64,000 bases of DNA from an uncultured Gammaproteobacteria bacterium (GCA_964435035.1 CAYSXR010000001.1:144192-208191); one strand, 5' to 3'; shown: positions 1 through 10,884, counted from the first letter of the stretch. Numbers and translations: made by a program. Notes: generated by a model not told the origin, from the sequence alone.

Positions 1-113
1 GTCGAAAGTAAAATACGCAACTGGTTGCGTCTAGTATGGTAGGTAGTATATACTAATTTCACCTCAAAATCAACCAGAATAAAGTTTAAAAGACCTAAAA
101 GGTTAAAGTAAGA

Positions 114-219
114 TTTTATCCGTTTCAATCCGTCAAATCCGTGTTATCTGTGTTCTATTGCACAACATTCGCTTAATGGAACACGGATTGAACGGATAAC
201 ACGGATATACACGGATTTT
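114..219. repeat. Inverted array of phased ATCCGT/ACGGAT words (family A, copy 1)
   Basis: Left arm has four ATCCGT/ATCTGT words spaced 9-10 bp. Right arm has four ACGGAT words in the opposite orientation. Shares the exact 14-mer acggattgaacgga with 3958-3998. Lies just upstream of the CDS at 240. Confidence 0.6.
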
Positions 220-239
220 AATCAATGTAAATCAATATT

Positions 240-1604
240 ATGGTTTATCCAAAACACATATTTAAAGCATACGACATTCGTGGGCTTGCAGAATCAGAAC
301 TTTCAGAAGAACTCGCTTGGTCAGTAGGGCACACATTTGCTCATATACTTGAAAAAAACGGAGTAGCATTGTCGGGTCGCTCCATTGTGGTTGGGTATGA
401 CATGAGACCAACAAGTATTCCCTTTGCCAAAAAAGTAATTGAAGGAATCCAGGCGCATGGAGTGTCGGTCGTGGATATTGGGCTTACCTCGACTCCGGTA
501 TTTAATTTTGCGTGTGCACATTACCCAGCTCATGCGGGGGGAATTATGGTGACTGCAAGTCATAATCCTGCAGAATACAATGGATTCAAGTTGACGTATG
601 AAAACGGATTGGCATTGGGTACCGGAAGCGGGATGGAAGAACTCCGTGATTTGATTATTTCCAATTATCGAGAAGAAAAACCAGAAAAAGGAGGGTATAC
701 AACATATGCGGTAGTGGATGAATATGTAGCATATATTTTGAGCTTAGTAGATACCTCAAAAATTAGACCCATGAAAATCGTGGTCGATGCGGGAAATGGA
801 ATGGCAAGTGTCTCAATTCCAAAATTACTCGAAAAACTTCCAGTCACTGTTGAGTATCTATTTCTCGAACCAGATGGGACATTCCCAAATCATGAAGCAA
901 ATCCACTGAAAGAGGAAACATTGAGAGATCTTCAAAAGAAAGTAATAGAAAATAACGCAGATTTTGGATTTGCACTTGATGGTGATGCTGATCGTATTGG
1001 ATTGGTAGATGAAATGGGCGAAGTGGTACCTGCATCATTTGTGGGTGGGCTGGTAGGGCTTGAAATTTTGAAATTACATCCAGGAGCACACATGTTCTAC
1101 GATCTTCGTATGAGTCGAAGTGTCAAAGAAGCATGGGAATCACATGGAGCAACTACTGAGATATGTAAGGTAGGGCATGCCAATATTAAGCGTATGATGA
1201 AAGATAAGAAAGCAATATTTGCGGCTGAGCTATCACTTCATTTGTTCTATCAAGATACGCATGATGTGGAGTCTACTGATTTTTCATTATTACTTGTCTT
1301 ATTGATGCTTTCGGGCACCGATAAAAAATTAAACGAATTGTGGAGGCCATTGCAAAAATATGCACATTCAGGAGAAATTAATTTTCATGTGGAGAATGCC
1401 GATGTGATTATTTCAGAATTAAAAGAAACGTATGCGGATGCAAAAATTAACGAACTTGACGGGGTATTATTTGAATATCCCGAATGTTGGATTAGCGTAC
1501 GCAAGAGTAATACTGAGCCGGTATTAAGGTTGATTATTGAAGCTGAAGACAAAAAGAAAATGGACCAATTGGTCAAAGAGATTTCCGCGAGTATCAGTGC
1601 ATAG
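240..1604 (+). CDS. Phosphomannomutase/phosphoglucomutase (alpha-D-phosphohexomutase family)
   Basis: 454-aa ORF with the active-site Ser loop TASHNPAEYNGFK, metal-binding loop DGDADR and N-terminal FKAYDIRG. Confidence 0.9.
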   Translation: MVYPKHIFKAYDIRGLAESELSEELAWSVGHTFAHILEKNGVALSGRSIVVGYDMRPTSIPFAKKVIEGIQAHGVSVVDIGLTSTPVFNFACAHYPAHAGGIMVTASHNPAEYNGFKLTYENGLALGTGSGMEELRDLIISNYREEKPEKGGYTTYAVVDEYVAYILSLVDTSKIRPMKIVVDAGNGMASVSIPKLLEKLPVTVEYLFLEPDGTFPNHEANPLKEETLRDLQKKVIENNADFGFALDGDADRIGLVDEMGEVVPASFVGGLVGLEILKLHPGAHMFYDLRMSRSVKEAWESHGATTEICKVGHANIKRMMKDKKAIFAAELSLHLFYQDTHDVESTDFSLLLVLLMLSGTDKKLNELWRPLQKYAHSGEINFHVENADVIISELKETYADAKINELDGVLFEYPECWISVRKSNTEPVLRLIIEAEDKKKMDQLVKEISASISA

Positions 1605-1608
1605 AATT

Positions 1609-3060
1609 TTAAGACTTTAATTCCTGCTGTAGTTCAATTAGAATAATTTTTTTGATGTCATCGACTAAACCTTCCTCATCTGTATAAGAGTCTTCAATTT
1701 CTTGCTCAAAGGAATCTTCGGAAATAGTTATGCCAGTACCGGCAAATTGTTCGTGGAAACTTCCAAATACATGAAGATCATTTTTTATCTGAAGAGTTGG
1801 AAATGTTTGGTGTAATTTATGTATGATTGTGTCAGCTAGTAAAATATCCTGCTCTCTGTTTCTTTCGGGTGAAACAAAGCTGTGGTACGTGGGAGTTTTT
1901 GCAGGTTCAACAGATGTATGGTAAACAGAATTATAGGTTTCTCCTATACCGAGATTGATTTTGACGGACTCTGTTGCGTAGGCACTTTTTTCTGGGAATA
2001 CCATTAACACGTCATTCCAAATGGTGATTGCACGTTCTTGTGCCAAAAAGCCTAACTCGAGCATAGCAGCCGTAGTCATTTTACTTTTTCCTAGGAATAT
2101 TTCATTAAATGCCTCTATTTTCCGATGCAAAGAGTAACGTTGTGCGTCTTTTTCAATAAGTTGTGCTTGTATAGTTTCCACTGCTTCTCTGCAGCTAGAG
2201 CGTTTATATGAAAATAAAATTGCCTTCATCTCTTTTTTTTTGGTGCGTCCTACGACATCGCCGACCATATCTTTATCATCGCAGGTTTTTAAAAATTCGA
2301 TAACTTCGTTATATAACAAAATTACCTCTGTTTCGGTAATATATTTATTTTGTAATTTTGTTGCGATTTCATTTTTTTTATAAATGTAATCTCGAATTTG
2401 TTGTTGGGTCCACTTGTCTAAGATCGTATCAATATCAATCATTCCTTCAGTCATCAAATTTTCAATGAGGGTGTGTGTAGGAATTTTCTCTTCGTTGTAG
2501 TGATAACGTGGTGTATATATTTTATTTTTAGGATCGGTAATATTAGTGAGTTCTCCGCGATTTCCAAAATTAGGATAATGAGGTGAAGAGCCATGTACCT
2601 CAATTTGATTGCCTTCAAATAATCCATACTGTCCGTCATATTGACAAGATAGGATAATCAGGTGGGCTGGGCGTATCGAAATAGAAAATTCATTGGGTTC
2701 TTTTTTTTGTCTATCAGACTGTGTTTGGTTGACTTGGGTTGATGGAGATTCAATAAGTCTGATTAATCTTCGTAAAAAGGAGGTAGTCAATTTTTTTTCA
2801 TGAGTAAGATCAACAGAAGTAATCTCATTCGGAGGAATTTTATTAGATAAATCTGGAATCAGTGCAGCTAGTTCTGCATCAATACAGCATGAAGATGTAT
2901 CTTTATCCCAGTCAACATCTTCTTCAAAAGAATCCAATGTTGCGTTTAACCATTGAAGCACGTGTTCACGAACTTCTCGTTTTTTTTCAGTTTCTAGATT
3001 AGGTTTTGTTTCGATTTTATTAAATTCGTCTGGTCTATGGTGAGACTCTGGGTTAGACAT
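1609..3060 (-). CDS. Hypothetical cytoplasmic protein
   Basis: 483-aa uninterrupted ORF with background AT-rich codon usage. No signal peptide, TM segment or recognisable motif. Confidence 0.6.
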   Translation of the reverse strand: MSNPESHHRPDEFNKIETKPNLETEKKREVREHVLQWLNATLDSFEEDVDWDKDTSSCCIDAELAALIPDLSNKIPPNEITSVDLTHEKKLTTSFLRRLIRLIESPSTQVNQTQSDRQKKEPNEFSISIRPAHLIILSCQYDGQYGLFEGNQIEVHGSSPHYPNFGNRGELTNITDPKNKIYTPRYHYNEEKIPTHTLIENLMTEGMIDIDTILDKWTQQQIRDYIYKKNEIATKLQNKYITETEVILLYNEVIEFLKTCDDKDMVGDVVGRTKKKEMKAILFSYKRSSCREAVETIQAQLIEKDAQRYSLHRKIEAFNEIFLGKSKMTTAAMLELGFLAQERAITIWNDVLMVFPEKSAYATESVKINLGIGETYNSVYHTSVEPAKTPTYHSFVSPERNREQDILLADTIIHKLHQTFPTLQIKNDLHVFGSFHEQFAGTGITISEDSFEQEIEDSYTDEEGLVDDIKKIILIELQQELKS

Positions 3061-3070
3061 ATGTATTATC

Positions 3071-3943
3071 TTACATTGTTCTCAGTCTCTTAACTCTTTC
3101 CTCAATCGGTGGGTGAGTAGAAAAAGCATTCGCAAACATTTTGCCTTTAAACGGATTTGAAATGAATAGATGAGCCGTTGCAGAGTTTGCAGTTTTCAAG
3201 GGTACATTTGATTGTTGAATTTTCTCGAGTGCCTTTGCTAGGCCTTCAGGGTATCGGGTCATGAGAGCCCCAGACGCATCAGCTAGATATTCACGTTTGC
3301 GTGAAACTGCAAGCTTGATAAGCTCTGCAATAATCGGGGAGAGGATGAGTAATACAATCCCAACGATTGCGAGAACTCCACCTGCTTTACTATCAGAATC
3401 ACGTTTTCCGCCAAAAAGACCAAATCGGAAAAACATATCAGCGAGAAGCGATACGGTTCCTACTAGTACAATGACAATGGTCATGACGCGAATATCAAAA
3501 TTTTTGACGTGTGATAATTCGTGTGCGAGTACCCCTTCAAGCTCTTCATTTTCAAGTGCATTGATAAGTCCGGTAGTAACGGCAATTGAAGCATGTTCAG
3601 GATCTCGTCCAGTCGCAAATGCATTTAAGGCAGGAGAATCGATAATGTGTACGCGTGGCGTAGACATGCCATTGGCAATTGCGAGGTTTTCTACCATGCG
3701 ATACACATAGGGATTATCTTCTTTTTTAATTTCCTTGGCACCGGTGGATCGGAGTGCAATTGCATCACCTTTGTAATACGAGATAAGAGTCATAACAATC
3801 GAGATGATGAATGCGAGGAAAACAGACTCGTATCCAAGACCAAGATAACTCGCGCCAAGCCAGCCAAGTCCAATGATGAATGCACAAAAAATTGCGATAA
3901 GCATTCTCGTTTTTCGTTTATTACTGTCGATTTGGCTATACAT
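3071..3943 (-). CDS. htpX: Zinc metalloprotease HtpX (peptidase M48)
   Basis: 290 aa with the HELSHV (HExxH) motif, N-terminal and central TM helices, and the typical htpX-lemA pairing. Confidence 0.9.
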   Translation of the reverse strand: MYSQIDSNKRKTRMLIAIFCAFIIGLGWLGASYLGLGYESVFLAFIISIVMTLISYYKGDAIALRSTGAKEIKKEDNPYVYRMVENLAIANGMSTPRVHIIDSPALNAFATGRDPEHASIAVTTGLINALENEELEGVLAHELSHVKNFDIRVMTIVIVLVGTVSLLADMFFRFGLFGGKRDSDSKAGGVLAIVGIVLLILSPIIAELIKLAVSRKREYLADASGALMTRYPEGLAKALEKIQQSNVPLKTANSATAHLFISNPFKGKMFANAFSTHPPIEERVKRLRTM

Positions 3944-3957
3944 ACATTAATAATAGA

Positions 3958-3998
3958 ACACAGATCTAACGGATTGAACGGAATTGAAACGGATTTAA
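3958..3998. repeat. Phased ACAGAT/ACGGAT word array (family A, copy 2)
   Basis: acagatcta-acggattga-acggaattgaa-acggattta. Shares the exact 14-mer with 181-200. Sits in the htpX upstream region. Confidence 0.55.
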
Positions 3999-4057
3999 TT
4001 TCTTAATTTCCAATTTCTCAATTTCGTATTTATTTTATCTGTGGTGAGAGGCTAATC

Positions 4058-4621
4058 CTAGAAAGTAACCTTCACATTTTCCCTCTCCTTCGCATCTTCG
4101 ATTTCGAAGTATTCAAACTTAGTGAATTTCAATTGTCCTGCAATCATGTTGTTTGGGAATGATTCAATTTTGGTATTGAAATCACGAACCATGGTGTTAT
4201 AGAAGCGACGCGATGCTTGTATTTTGTTCTCAGTATCTGATAATTCATCCATCAATTGTGCAACATTCGTATTTGCCTTGAGATCTGGATATGCTTCGAA
4301 AGCGACTTGTAATTTACCAAGACTACTTCCGAGCATGCTTTCAGCTGAGGCAAGAGCCTGAGTGTCGCCACTGCTTTGAGCAGACATTGCTGCTGTTCGG
4401 TATTTGGTTACATTTTCAAGAATTTCACGTTCATGAGTCATGAATCCTTTGACACTAGCGATTAAGTTGGGGATGAGATCATGGCGGCGTTTGAGCTGTA
4501 CATCAATATCACTCCATCCTTCTTGGGTACGGTTGCGAAGCCGGATAAGAGCGTTATAGAGAAAAATAACCCAGAGCACAATTACTCCTACTACTATTAA
4601 TACAATAACAAGTGGGGGCAT
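4058..4621 (-). CDS. lemA: LemA family membrane protein
   Basis: 187 aa with an N-terminal TM helix followed by a LemA-like helical region (YNALIRLRN...WSDIDVQLKRRHDLIPNL). Confidence 0.85.
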   Translation of the reverse strand: MPPLVIVLIVVGVIVLWVIFLYNALIRLRNRTQEGWSDIDVQLKRRHDLIPNLIASVKGFMTHEREILENVTKYRTAAMSAQSSGDTQALASAESMLGSSLGKLQVAFEAYPDLKANTNVAQLMDELSDTENKIQASRRFYNTMVRDFNTKIESFPNNMIAGQLKFTKFEYFEIEDAKERENVKVTF

Positions 4622-4812
4622 AGAGACATGATTAAGATTAACAATTTAAAATGAGTAACTAACAAGTGGTATTATGTTAGCCTTTCGCTGTTTAACGTTG
4701 CTTAAATGAAATTCATTCGGCTATTGAATAAAGGGCCTATGTGTGAAATAATTAGAACCGTACAATTTAATTGTAGAGAAAGTTTAACATTTGGTCAATA
4801 CTAAGCGAATTT

Positions 4813-5982
4813 ATGGTCACTATCCTATTGTTTATTGTTATACTTGGTGTTTTGGTAGTAGTACATGAATGGGGACATTATTACAGTGCAAAAAAATTTG
4901 GTATCAAAGTCCATGAATTTGGTTTTGGCTATCCACCGCGCGCTTTTGGGTGGTATCGTGATCCAAAGACCAAAAAGATCGTCTGGATCTGGGGAAAAGG
5001 TAAAAGTAGTCTCAAAGAGACGGTATCGGGTAATGAACAAAATTCTGAATTTCCTGGAATGCTTTGGAGTATAAATTGGCTTCCACTTGGTGGATTTGTG
5101 CGTATCAAGGGTGAGAATGGCGAACGAGCTAAGGAAGCTGATAGTTTTGGATACCATAAAGCGTGGAAACGAATTACTGTGTTAGCGGCTGGTGTCATTA
5201 TGAATTTTATTCTTGCTGCAGTGGTGCTGGGGTTTGGATTTATGATTGGACTTCCCACAGATCTGTCGGAGGGAATAGATAAACATGCACAAATCGTTGA
5301 AGCTCCAAGTGTTATCGTAGAATCAGTAGAAGAAGGATTGCCCGCTGATGTTGCAGGTATGGTATTTGGGGACAAAATTACTTCAGTCGATGGAGTTCTT
5401 GTAGCTGGGGCGAACGACTTAATTGAATATATCAAGACACATGGAGACAATGAAGTCACGGTGCGTATCATGCGTGGACAAGAAGAGCTTGATATAAAAC
5501 TTACGCCTACCGTGACAGATGGGGAGAGCGCTCCTCGACTTGGAATTTCGATTGCTGAAGCGGGAATCATTAGATACCCATGGTACATAGCAATCTATAA
5601 AGGATTTGCTGCGGCAGGAATTGGTCTTATAACGATATTTGTTTCATTTTATTATCTCATTGGAAGCCTTGTTACTGGGCAGGGTCTCATGTTTGATATC
5701 GCAGGGCCTGTGGGAATTGCGCAGATTGTAGGACAGAGCGCAAAACTTGGTTTCCATTATGTGTTAAATGTCGTCGCCATGCTCTCTCTTAGTCTTGCGG
5801 CGATTAATATTTTACCTATTCCAGCGCTAGATGGGGGACGTATCTTGTTTATCATCATTGAAAAAATTATTGGTCGACCAGTATCCATGAAATACGAGCA
5901 ACTTGCACATACGATTGGATTTCTATTATTAATGGCCCTTGTTGTAGTGGTCACCTGGAGAGATATCGCAAAACTCTTTTAA
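4813..5982 (+). CDS. rseP: RseP-like site-2 protease (peptidase M50) with PDZ domain
   Basis: HEWGHY (HExxH) in the first TM helix, NILPIPALDGG second motif, and a central PDZ-like segment (GLPADVAGMVFGDKITSVDG). Confidence 0.85.
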   Translation: MVTILLFIVILGVLVVVHEWGHYYSAKKFGIKVHEFGFGYPPRAFGWYRDPKTKKIVWIWGKGKSSLKETVSGNEQNSEFPGMLWSINWLPLGGFVRIKGENGERAKEADSFGYHKAWKRITVLAAGVIMNFILAAVVLGFGFMIGLPTDLSEGIDKHAQIVEAPSVIVESVEEGLPADVAGMVFGDKITSVDGVLVAGANDLIEYIKTHGDNEVTVRIMRGQEELDIKLTPTVTDGESAPRLGISIAEAGIIRYPWYIAIYKGFAAAGIGLITIFVSFYYLIGSLVTGQGLMFDIAGPVGIAQIVGQSAKLGFHYVLNVVAMLSLSLAAINILPIPALDGGRILFIIIEKIIGRPVSMKYEQLAHTIGFLLLMALVVVVTWRDIAKLF

Positions 5983-5985
5983 AAC

Positions 5986-6044
5986 ATTGATTTAGACAGA
6001 TTAAAACGGATTACGCAGAAAATATTTATCAGTCTAAATCAATT
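5986..6044. repeat. Inverted repeat with ACAGAT/ACGGAT words (family A-like); possible rseP terminator
   Basis: attgatttagacag ... cagtctaaatcaat are inverted arms with one mismatch. The loop carries acagatt and acggatt words. Confidence 0.45.
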
Positions 6045-6066
6045 GAATCTGTGTAATCAATGTTAT

Positions 6067-7098
6067 ATGATTGAAAAATTAGAAAGTATAAAAAAAGAAG
6101 CAATTACTGAGGTCAAAAAAGTAACGTCACTTATTGACCTTGAAGCTGTGCGTGAACGTTTTTTTTCTCGGAAAACGGGCACCTTTACAGTGCTTGTAAA
6201 AAACATGAAAGGATTGTCAGATGCTGAACGCAAAGCAGTGGGGCAAAAAATAAATGAAGTGAAAGTCGCGATTGAATCTGAATTTGAAAACAAAAAAGGA
6301 GAGTTTGAAAGCCAAGTATGGGATTCAATTGGAAAAACTGAGGTGCTTGATGTAACCCAACCAAAAGTTGAAGGAGTTAGTCGGGGCCATGTTCATCCAA
6401 TGTCTGCTGTCCACACTGAACTTGAGGATTTGTTTACCTCAATGGGATTCATTCTTCTTGATGGTCCTGAGCTTGAGAGTGAATATTATAATTTTGATGC
6501 CTTGAATATTCCAGAGAACCATCCAGCAAGAGATTCACAAGATACTTTTTTTATCAAAGATCATACTGAATGGGTGATGCGCACACACACCAGTCCGGTA
6601 CAGATCCGTGCAATGCAAAAATATGGCGCACCTTTGCGTGCAGTCGTCTCTGGTCGCTGTTTTAGAAATGAGTCAACTGATGCAAGTCACGAACATACAT
6701 TTTATCAAATGGAAGGTATTGTAATTGATAAAAATATTTCAATTGCAAACCTAATCGGGGTTATGAAAGAATTATTAAAAGGTGTACTCCGAAAAGATGT
6801 TGAAGTACGATTGCGCCCTGGATATTTTCCTTTTGTTGAACCGGGATTTGAACTTGATATGAAATGTTTGGTATGTGCGGGGGTAGGATGTGGTGCATGC
6901 AAACATAGTGGTTGGATCGAAACTTTGCCATGCGGTTTAGTTCACCCGAAAGTAATTGAAGCAGGAGGACTTGATCCGAAAGTATGGAGCGGTTTTGCAT
7001 TTGGTCTAGGATCCATGCGTCTCTGTATGCAAAAATATGGAATTGAAGATATTCGCCAATTGCATGGTGGAAATTTAAGTTTTCTTGAACAGTTTTAA
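6067..7098 (+). CDS. pheS: Phenylalanine--tRNA ligase alpha subunit
   Basis: Class II aaRS motifs (HPARDSQDTFF, FRNESTDASHEHTFYQMEG, GFAFGLGSMRL). Start set at ATG 6067, because the ORF-track start at 6043 is a TTG. Confidence 0.9.
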   Translation: MIEKLESIKKEAITEVKKVTSLIDLEAVRERFFSRKTGTFTVLVKNMKGLSDAERKAVGQKINEVKVAIESEFENKKGEFESQVWDSIGKTEVLDVTQPKVEGVSRGHVHPMSAVHTELEDLFTSMGFILLDGPELESEYYNFDALNIPENHPARDSQDTFFIKDHTEWVMRTHTSPVQIRAMQKYGAPLRAVVSGRCFRNESTDASHEHTFYQMEGIVIDKNISIANLIGVMKELLKGVLRKDVEVRLRPGYFPFVEPGFELDMKCLVCAGVGCGACKHSGWIETLPCGLVHPKVIEAGGLDPKVWSGFAFGLGSMRLCMQKYGIEDIRQLHGGNLSFLEQF

Positions 7099-7100
7099 TT

Positions 7101-9566
7101 ATGCTTATTTCATACAAGTGGCTCAAACAATACGTCGATCTTCCAGACTCTCTGTCGCCTGCAGAGCTGGGTTTGGCATTGACTATGTCGACGGTCGAAG
7201 TCGAAGGAGTGGAGTATCAGGGAAAACAATTTGAAAATTTGGTCGTTGGTATCATACAAAAAGTAAAAAAACATGAAAATGCTGACTCGCTCAAAGTGTG
7301 TGATGTAGATGCGGGGAGTGAAATAGTACAAATTGTGTGTGGTGGATCAAATGTACGTGAAGGAATGAAAGTTATTTTAGGAAAAGTTGGTGCACGGGTG
7401 AAATGGCATGGGGAAGGAGAGCTTGTGGAACTTGCTCCAACAAAAATTCGCGGAGTTGAATCATTTGGCATGATTTGCGGGTCAGATGAAGTTGGTCTCC
7501 TTGAAATGTTTCCAAAAAAAGAAGAAAAAGAAATCGCAGACTTATCAAAAGTCAAAGCAAAGGCAGGGACTCCGCTTGCAGAAGCGCTGGAGCTTAATGA
7601 TGTGGTAATTGAGGTGGATAATAAATCAATCAATCATCGTCCAGACCTGTGGGGGCACTATGGAATGGCTCGTGAAGTTGCTGCAAAATACCGAAAGAAA
7701 TGGTCAGTGTACACAGTTCCTGAGATAAAAGAAGGTGGTGAGAAAAAAATTAAAGTCACGATTGAGGATGCGGCGAATTCAATGAAATATACGGCGGTTG
7801 CACTGGATGGGATAACTATTGGTCCATCGCCCGAAAAACTGCAAGCGCGCCTCCGAGCTGTGGGAATTCGTCCGATCAATAATATTGTCGACATTACTAA
7901 CTACGTCATGTGTGATTTGGGTCAGCCAATGCATGCATTCGATAGTTCAAAACTCAAAAGTCAAAAGTCGAAACTAGAGATTTCAGTTAGAAGGGCAAAG
8001 CCTGGAGAGACACTGGTTGGAATTGATGGAAAAGAGCGAAATTTAAATGAAGAGATGCTTGTTATTGCAGATAGTGAAAAGCCAATCGCGCTTGCTGGAA
8101 TTATTGGTGGAAAAGAGACTGAAATTACTGATTCTACTACTTCAATTATTTTTGAGTCGGCTCATTTTAATGCTGCATTGATCAGAAAAACTACCACCAA
8201 ACTTGGACTCCGGACTGATTCAAGTTCTCGATTTGAAAAAAGTTTGGATCCGAATAATTGTATCTATGCACTTAAACGTGCGGTTGAACTCACACTCGAA
8301 GTCTGTTCTGGGGCACGAGTAGTGAGTAATATTGCTGAAAAGGGAAAATCAATTGTGTTCACGGGTCCAATTACTATTACCAAAAAATTTATTGATACAA
8401 AAATAGGAGCGAGTATTCCTACCAAAGAATGTGTACGAATTTTGGAAAATCTAGGATTTGGTGTTGCGGTTAGTGGTAAAAAAGAGGAAGAAACTCTGAA
8501 GATTGAGGTACCAAGCTGGAGAGGGACTAAAGATATCTCAACCCCCGAAGACATGGTTGAAGAAATCGCACGCATGTATGGATATGGAAATGTGGAAACA
8601 ACACTGCCTATGTTTACGATTACTCCACCCGAGCGAAATGAAGTGAAAATGGTGGAAAGAAAAGTTAGAAACACACTTTCGACCATGTTTGGGTTTACTG
8701 AAACTTTGAATTATTCTTTTGTTTCACCGCGATTGCTGCAGTTATTACATCTTGATGTGTCAGAACATATCGAACTTGCAAATCCAATTGCAAGTGACCG
8801 TCCATATCTTCGTCGAAGTTTATTGCCAAATATATTGGAATTAGTAGAAAGAAATTCGCATGAATATGATGAGGTGAAAGTGTATGAAATTGGAAAAACG
8901 TATCTGAGAGAAGAAGCGGGTCCACGTGTATCTGAAAGTGGTGATGATTTATTACCACGACAAGATGTGGTGTTGGGAATTGCCTGTTTGAAAAAAGGGG
9001 AAAACACTCCATTCTTTACTGTTGCAGAAGCAATTCGAGAAATTGGAAAAGTCTCTGGGGTTGAGCTCGTAATTGAACCAATGGTTGCTTCAGCTGACTA
9101 TATACACCCAGGTCGTGTTGCAAGAGTTGCAACAGCATCCGGAGACTATGTGGGTGATATGTTTGAACTTCACCCGAAGATTGCACAGGATTTTGGTTTT
9201 TCTGATCGAGTTGCATATGCAGAATTAAATCTACGTGTACTATCTGAATTCGCTCGTACTCATTCAAATTATAAGGCACTTTCATTATATCCAGTAGTTG
9301 TCCGTGATGTTGCATTTGCTGTACAGACTATGGTATTCCATCGTGATATCCACACAGCACTTGTAGAAGCTCATCCATTAATTACCTCAGTAACACTTTT
9401 TGATGTGTTTGAGGGAAAAAATGTGGGAGAGGGGAAGAAAAGTATGGCATATCGGATTACATATCAATCAAAAGAAAAAACACTGGAGACGTCTGAAATT
9501 GATGAGGCACATAAAACAGTAGAAAAAATTCTCAAAGAAAAATTCAAAGCTGAAATTCGAACCTAA
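7101..9566 (+). CDS. pheT: Phenylalanine--tRNA ligase beta subunit
   Basis: 821 aa starting MLISYKWLKQYV. Has the tRNA-binding, B3/4 and B5 layout and follows pheS after a 2-nt gap. Confidence 0.9.
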   Translation: MLISYKWLKQYVDLPDSLSPAELGLALTMSTVEVEGVEYQGKQFENLVVGIIQKVKKHENADSLKVCDVDAGSEIVQIVCGGSNVREGMKVILGKVGARVKWHGEGELVELAPTKIRGVESFGMICGSDEVGLLEMFPKKEEKEIADLSKVKAKAGTPLAEALELNDVVIEVDNKSINHRPDLWGHYGMAREVAAKYRKKWSVYTVPEIKEGGEKKIKVTIEDAANSMKYTAVALDGITIGPSPEKLQARLRAVGIRPINNIVDITNYVMCDLGQPMHAFDSSKLKSQKSKLEISVRRAKPGETLVGIDGKERNLNEEMLVIADSEKPIALAGIIGGKETEITDSTTSIIFESAHFNAALIRKTTTKLGLRTDSSSRFEKSLDPNNCIYALKRAVELTLEVCSGARVVSNIAEKGKSIVFTGPITITKKFIDTKIGASIPTKECVRILENLGFGVAVSGKKEEETLKIEVPSWRGTKDISTPEDMVEEIARMYGYGNVETTLPMFTITPPERNEVKMVERKVRNTLSTMFGFTETLNYSFVSPRLLQLLHLDVSEHIELANPIASDRPYLRRSLLPNILELVERNSHEYDEVKVYEIGKTYLREEAGPRVSESGDDLLPRQDVVLGIACLKKGENTPFFTVAEAIREIGKVSGVELVIEPMVASADYIHPGRVARVATASGDYVGDMFELHPKIAQDFGFSDRVAYAELNLRVLSEFARTHSNYKALSLYPVVVRDVAFAVQTMVFHRDIHTALVEAHPLITSVTLFDVFEGKNVGEGKKSMAYRITYQSKEKTLETSEIDEAHKTVEKILKEKFKAEIRT

Positions 9567-9580
9567 TTTAGTTAATTTAA

Positions 9581-10822
9581 ATGCCTGTTATGAAAATTAT
9601 TGAGATATTTGTGTGGTCAATTATAGTGACACTTGCTTTTGTCTACGCAGTAATTTTTCAGTGGATAATAAATCCACCCACTGTGCGAATGTCCAAGGTG
9701 GTTGCTCCAACTTCAACACCTGAAAATCAATTAGTAGAAAATGCTGAGAAAAAAGAGGGTATATGGGCTTTGCGATGGAAAGATGGTGAAGGTGAGGTAA
9801 TTCTCACAACATCAACAAATAAGAATGCGTGGTTAGGTTATTATCCAGATTCACTTGTTGTGCACTATAAGAAAGAAAACAAAGATCTTGTAGCTTTTTT
9901 CAAAGAGACCATAAGTCTTAAAGATGACACAAATATAATTTCTCATCAGCTTGTTTTGTTTGATGTGCTTACTAAAAAATCGAGTATTATTTTTGAATTA
10001 GAAAAGAAGGAGGGTGTTGTACCGCAGCAATTGGTATTAATTGGTGATACGGTGTACTTCTCTTTTACACGTGGGGAAGATGTGCTTGATAATAGTGTGA
10101 ATTATATCGATCTTTCAGAAAATAACATTTCGGTAAAAAAAATAATGGCTTCGGGTGCGAATCATTTGATTCAAAGATGGGGATATTATTGGTTAGAGGG
10201 TGGGTATGGGCATGCGGGAGCGTATGATAGTACTATGGTTTTTTTTGACACCGTTTCAAAGAAAACGGGTGAAGTCATTATTAGTGGATATGGGGGTGAG
10301 GAAGGATCGGATCTATTGGGTGTGACAAAGGATGGCATGGTTGTAATAGGATTTAAAAAGGAAGTAGGGGAAGAAGGGGGATGGGATATCACTGTTTATA
10401 ATAAGGTAACTACACATTTATTGAATAATGAAAATAAAAATACTGTAACACTCTTTGACGTAAGCGACATGCCGACGAATGTAGAAGATATTTTTTATAG
10501 AGAGGAAGAAAATGACCTATACTTAGTAGGTGATGAAGTGTGGTTATATGATTTTGATACCAAAAATACGGTAAAGATACGTCTCGATCAAAGTATGGTA
10601 GGTTTACGTATAACAAAATTTTTCGAGGGAGGTAGAAAGGTATGTTTGAGCAGTAGTCGATCCTGGAATGTAGGGGTACGCGCAATATGGAATACAGAAA
10701 ATAATTCAGTAGACTATTCTGATGTTTTATCATGCGAATCAAAAGCAGAAGATGAATCTATCAAAGCTCATTCGTTATTGCGTGAAGAGCTACCATTACA
10801 ATTGGAAGTTGTGGAAATATAG
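9581..10822 (+). CDS. Hypothetical membrane-anchored protein
   Basis: 413 aa with an N-terminal TM helix and then a beta-rich extracytoplasmic region. No recognised motif. Confidence 0.6.
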   Translation: MPVMKIIEIFVWSIIVTLAFVYAVIFQWIINPPTVRMSKVVAPTSTPENQLVENAEKKEGIWALRWKDGEGEVILTTSTNKNAWLGYYPDSLVVHYKKENKDLVAFFKETISLKDDTNIISHQLVLFDVLTKKSSIIFELEKKEGVVPQQLVLIGDTVYFSFTRGEDVLDNSVNYIDLSENNISVKKIMASGANHLIQRWGYYWLEGGYGHAGAYDSTMVFFDTVSKKTGEVIISGYGGEEGSDLLGVTKDGMVVIGFKKEVGEEGGWDITVYNKVTTHLLNNENKNTVTLFDVSDMPTNVEDIFYREEENDLYLVGDEVWLYDFDTKNTVKIRLDQSMVGLRITKFFEGGRKVCLSSSRSWNVGVRAIWNTENNSVDYSDVLSCESKAEDESIKAHSLLREELPLQLEVVEI

Positions 10823-10884
10823 TGATCATAAAAAATGAGTATCTTAGAACCGGGATGATTTGATAATGTGAAATAAGTACTTAT

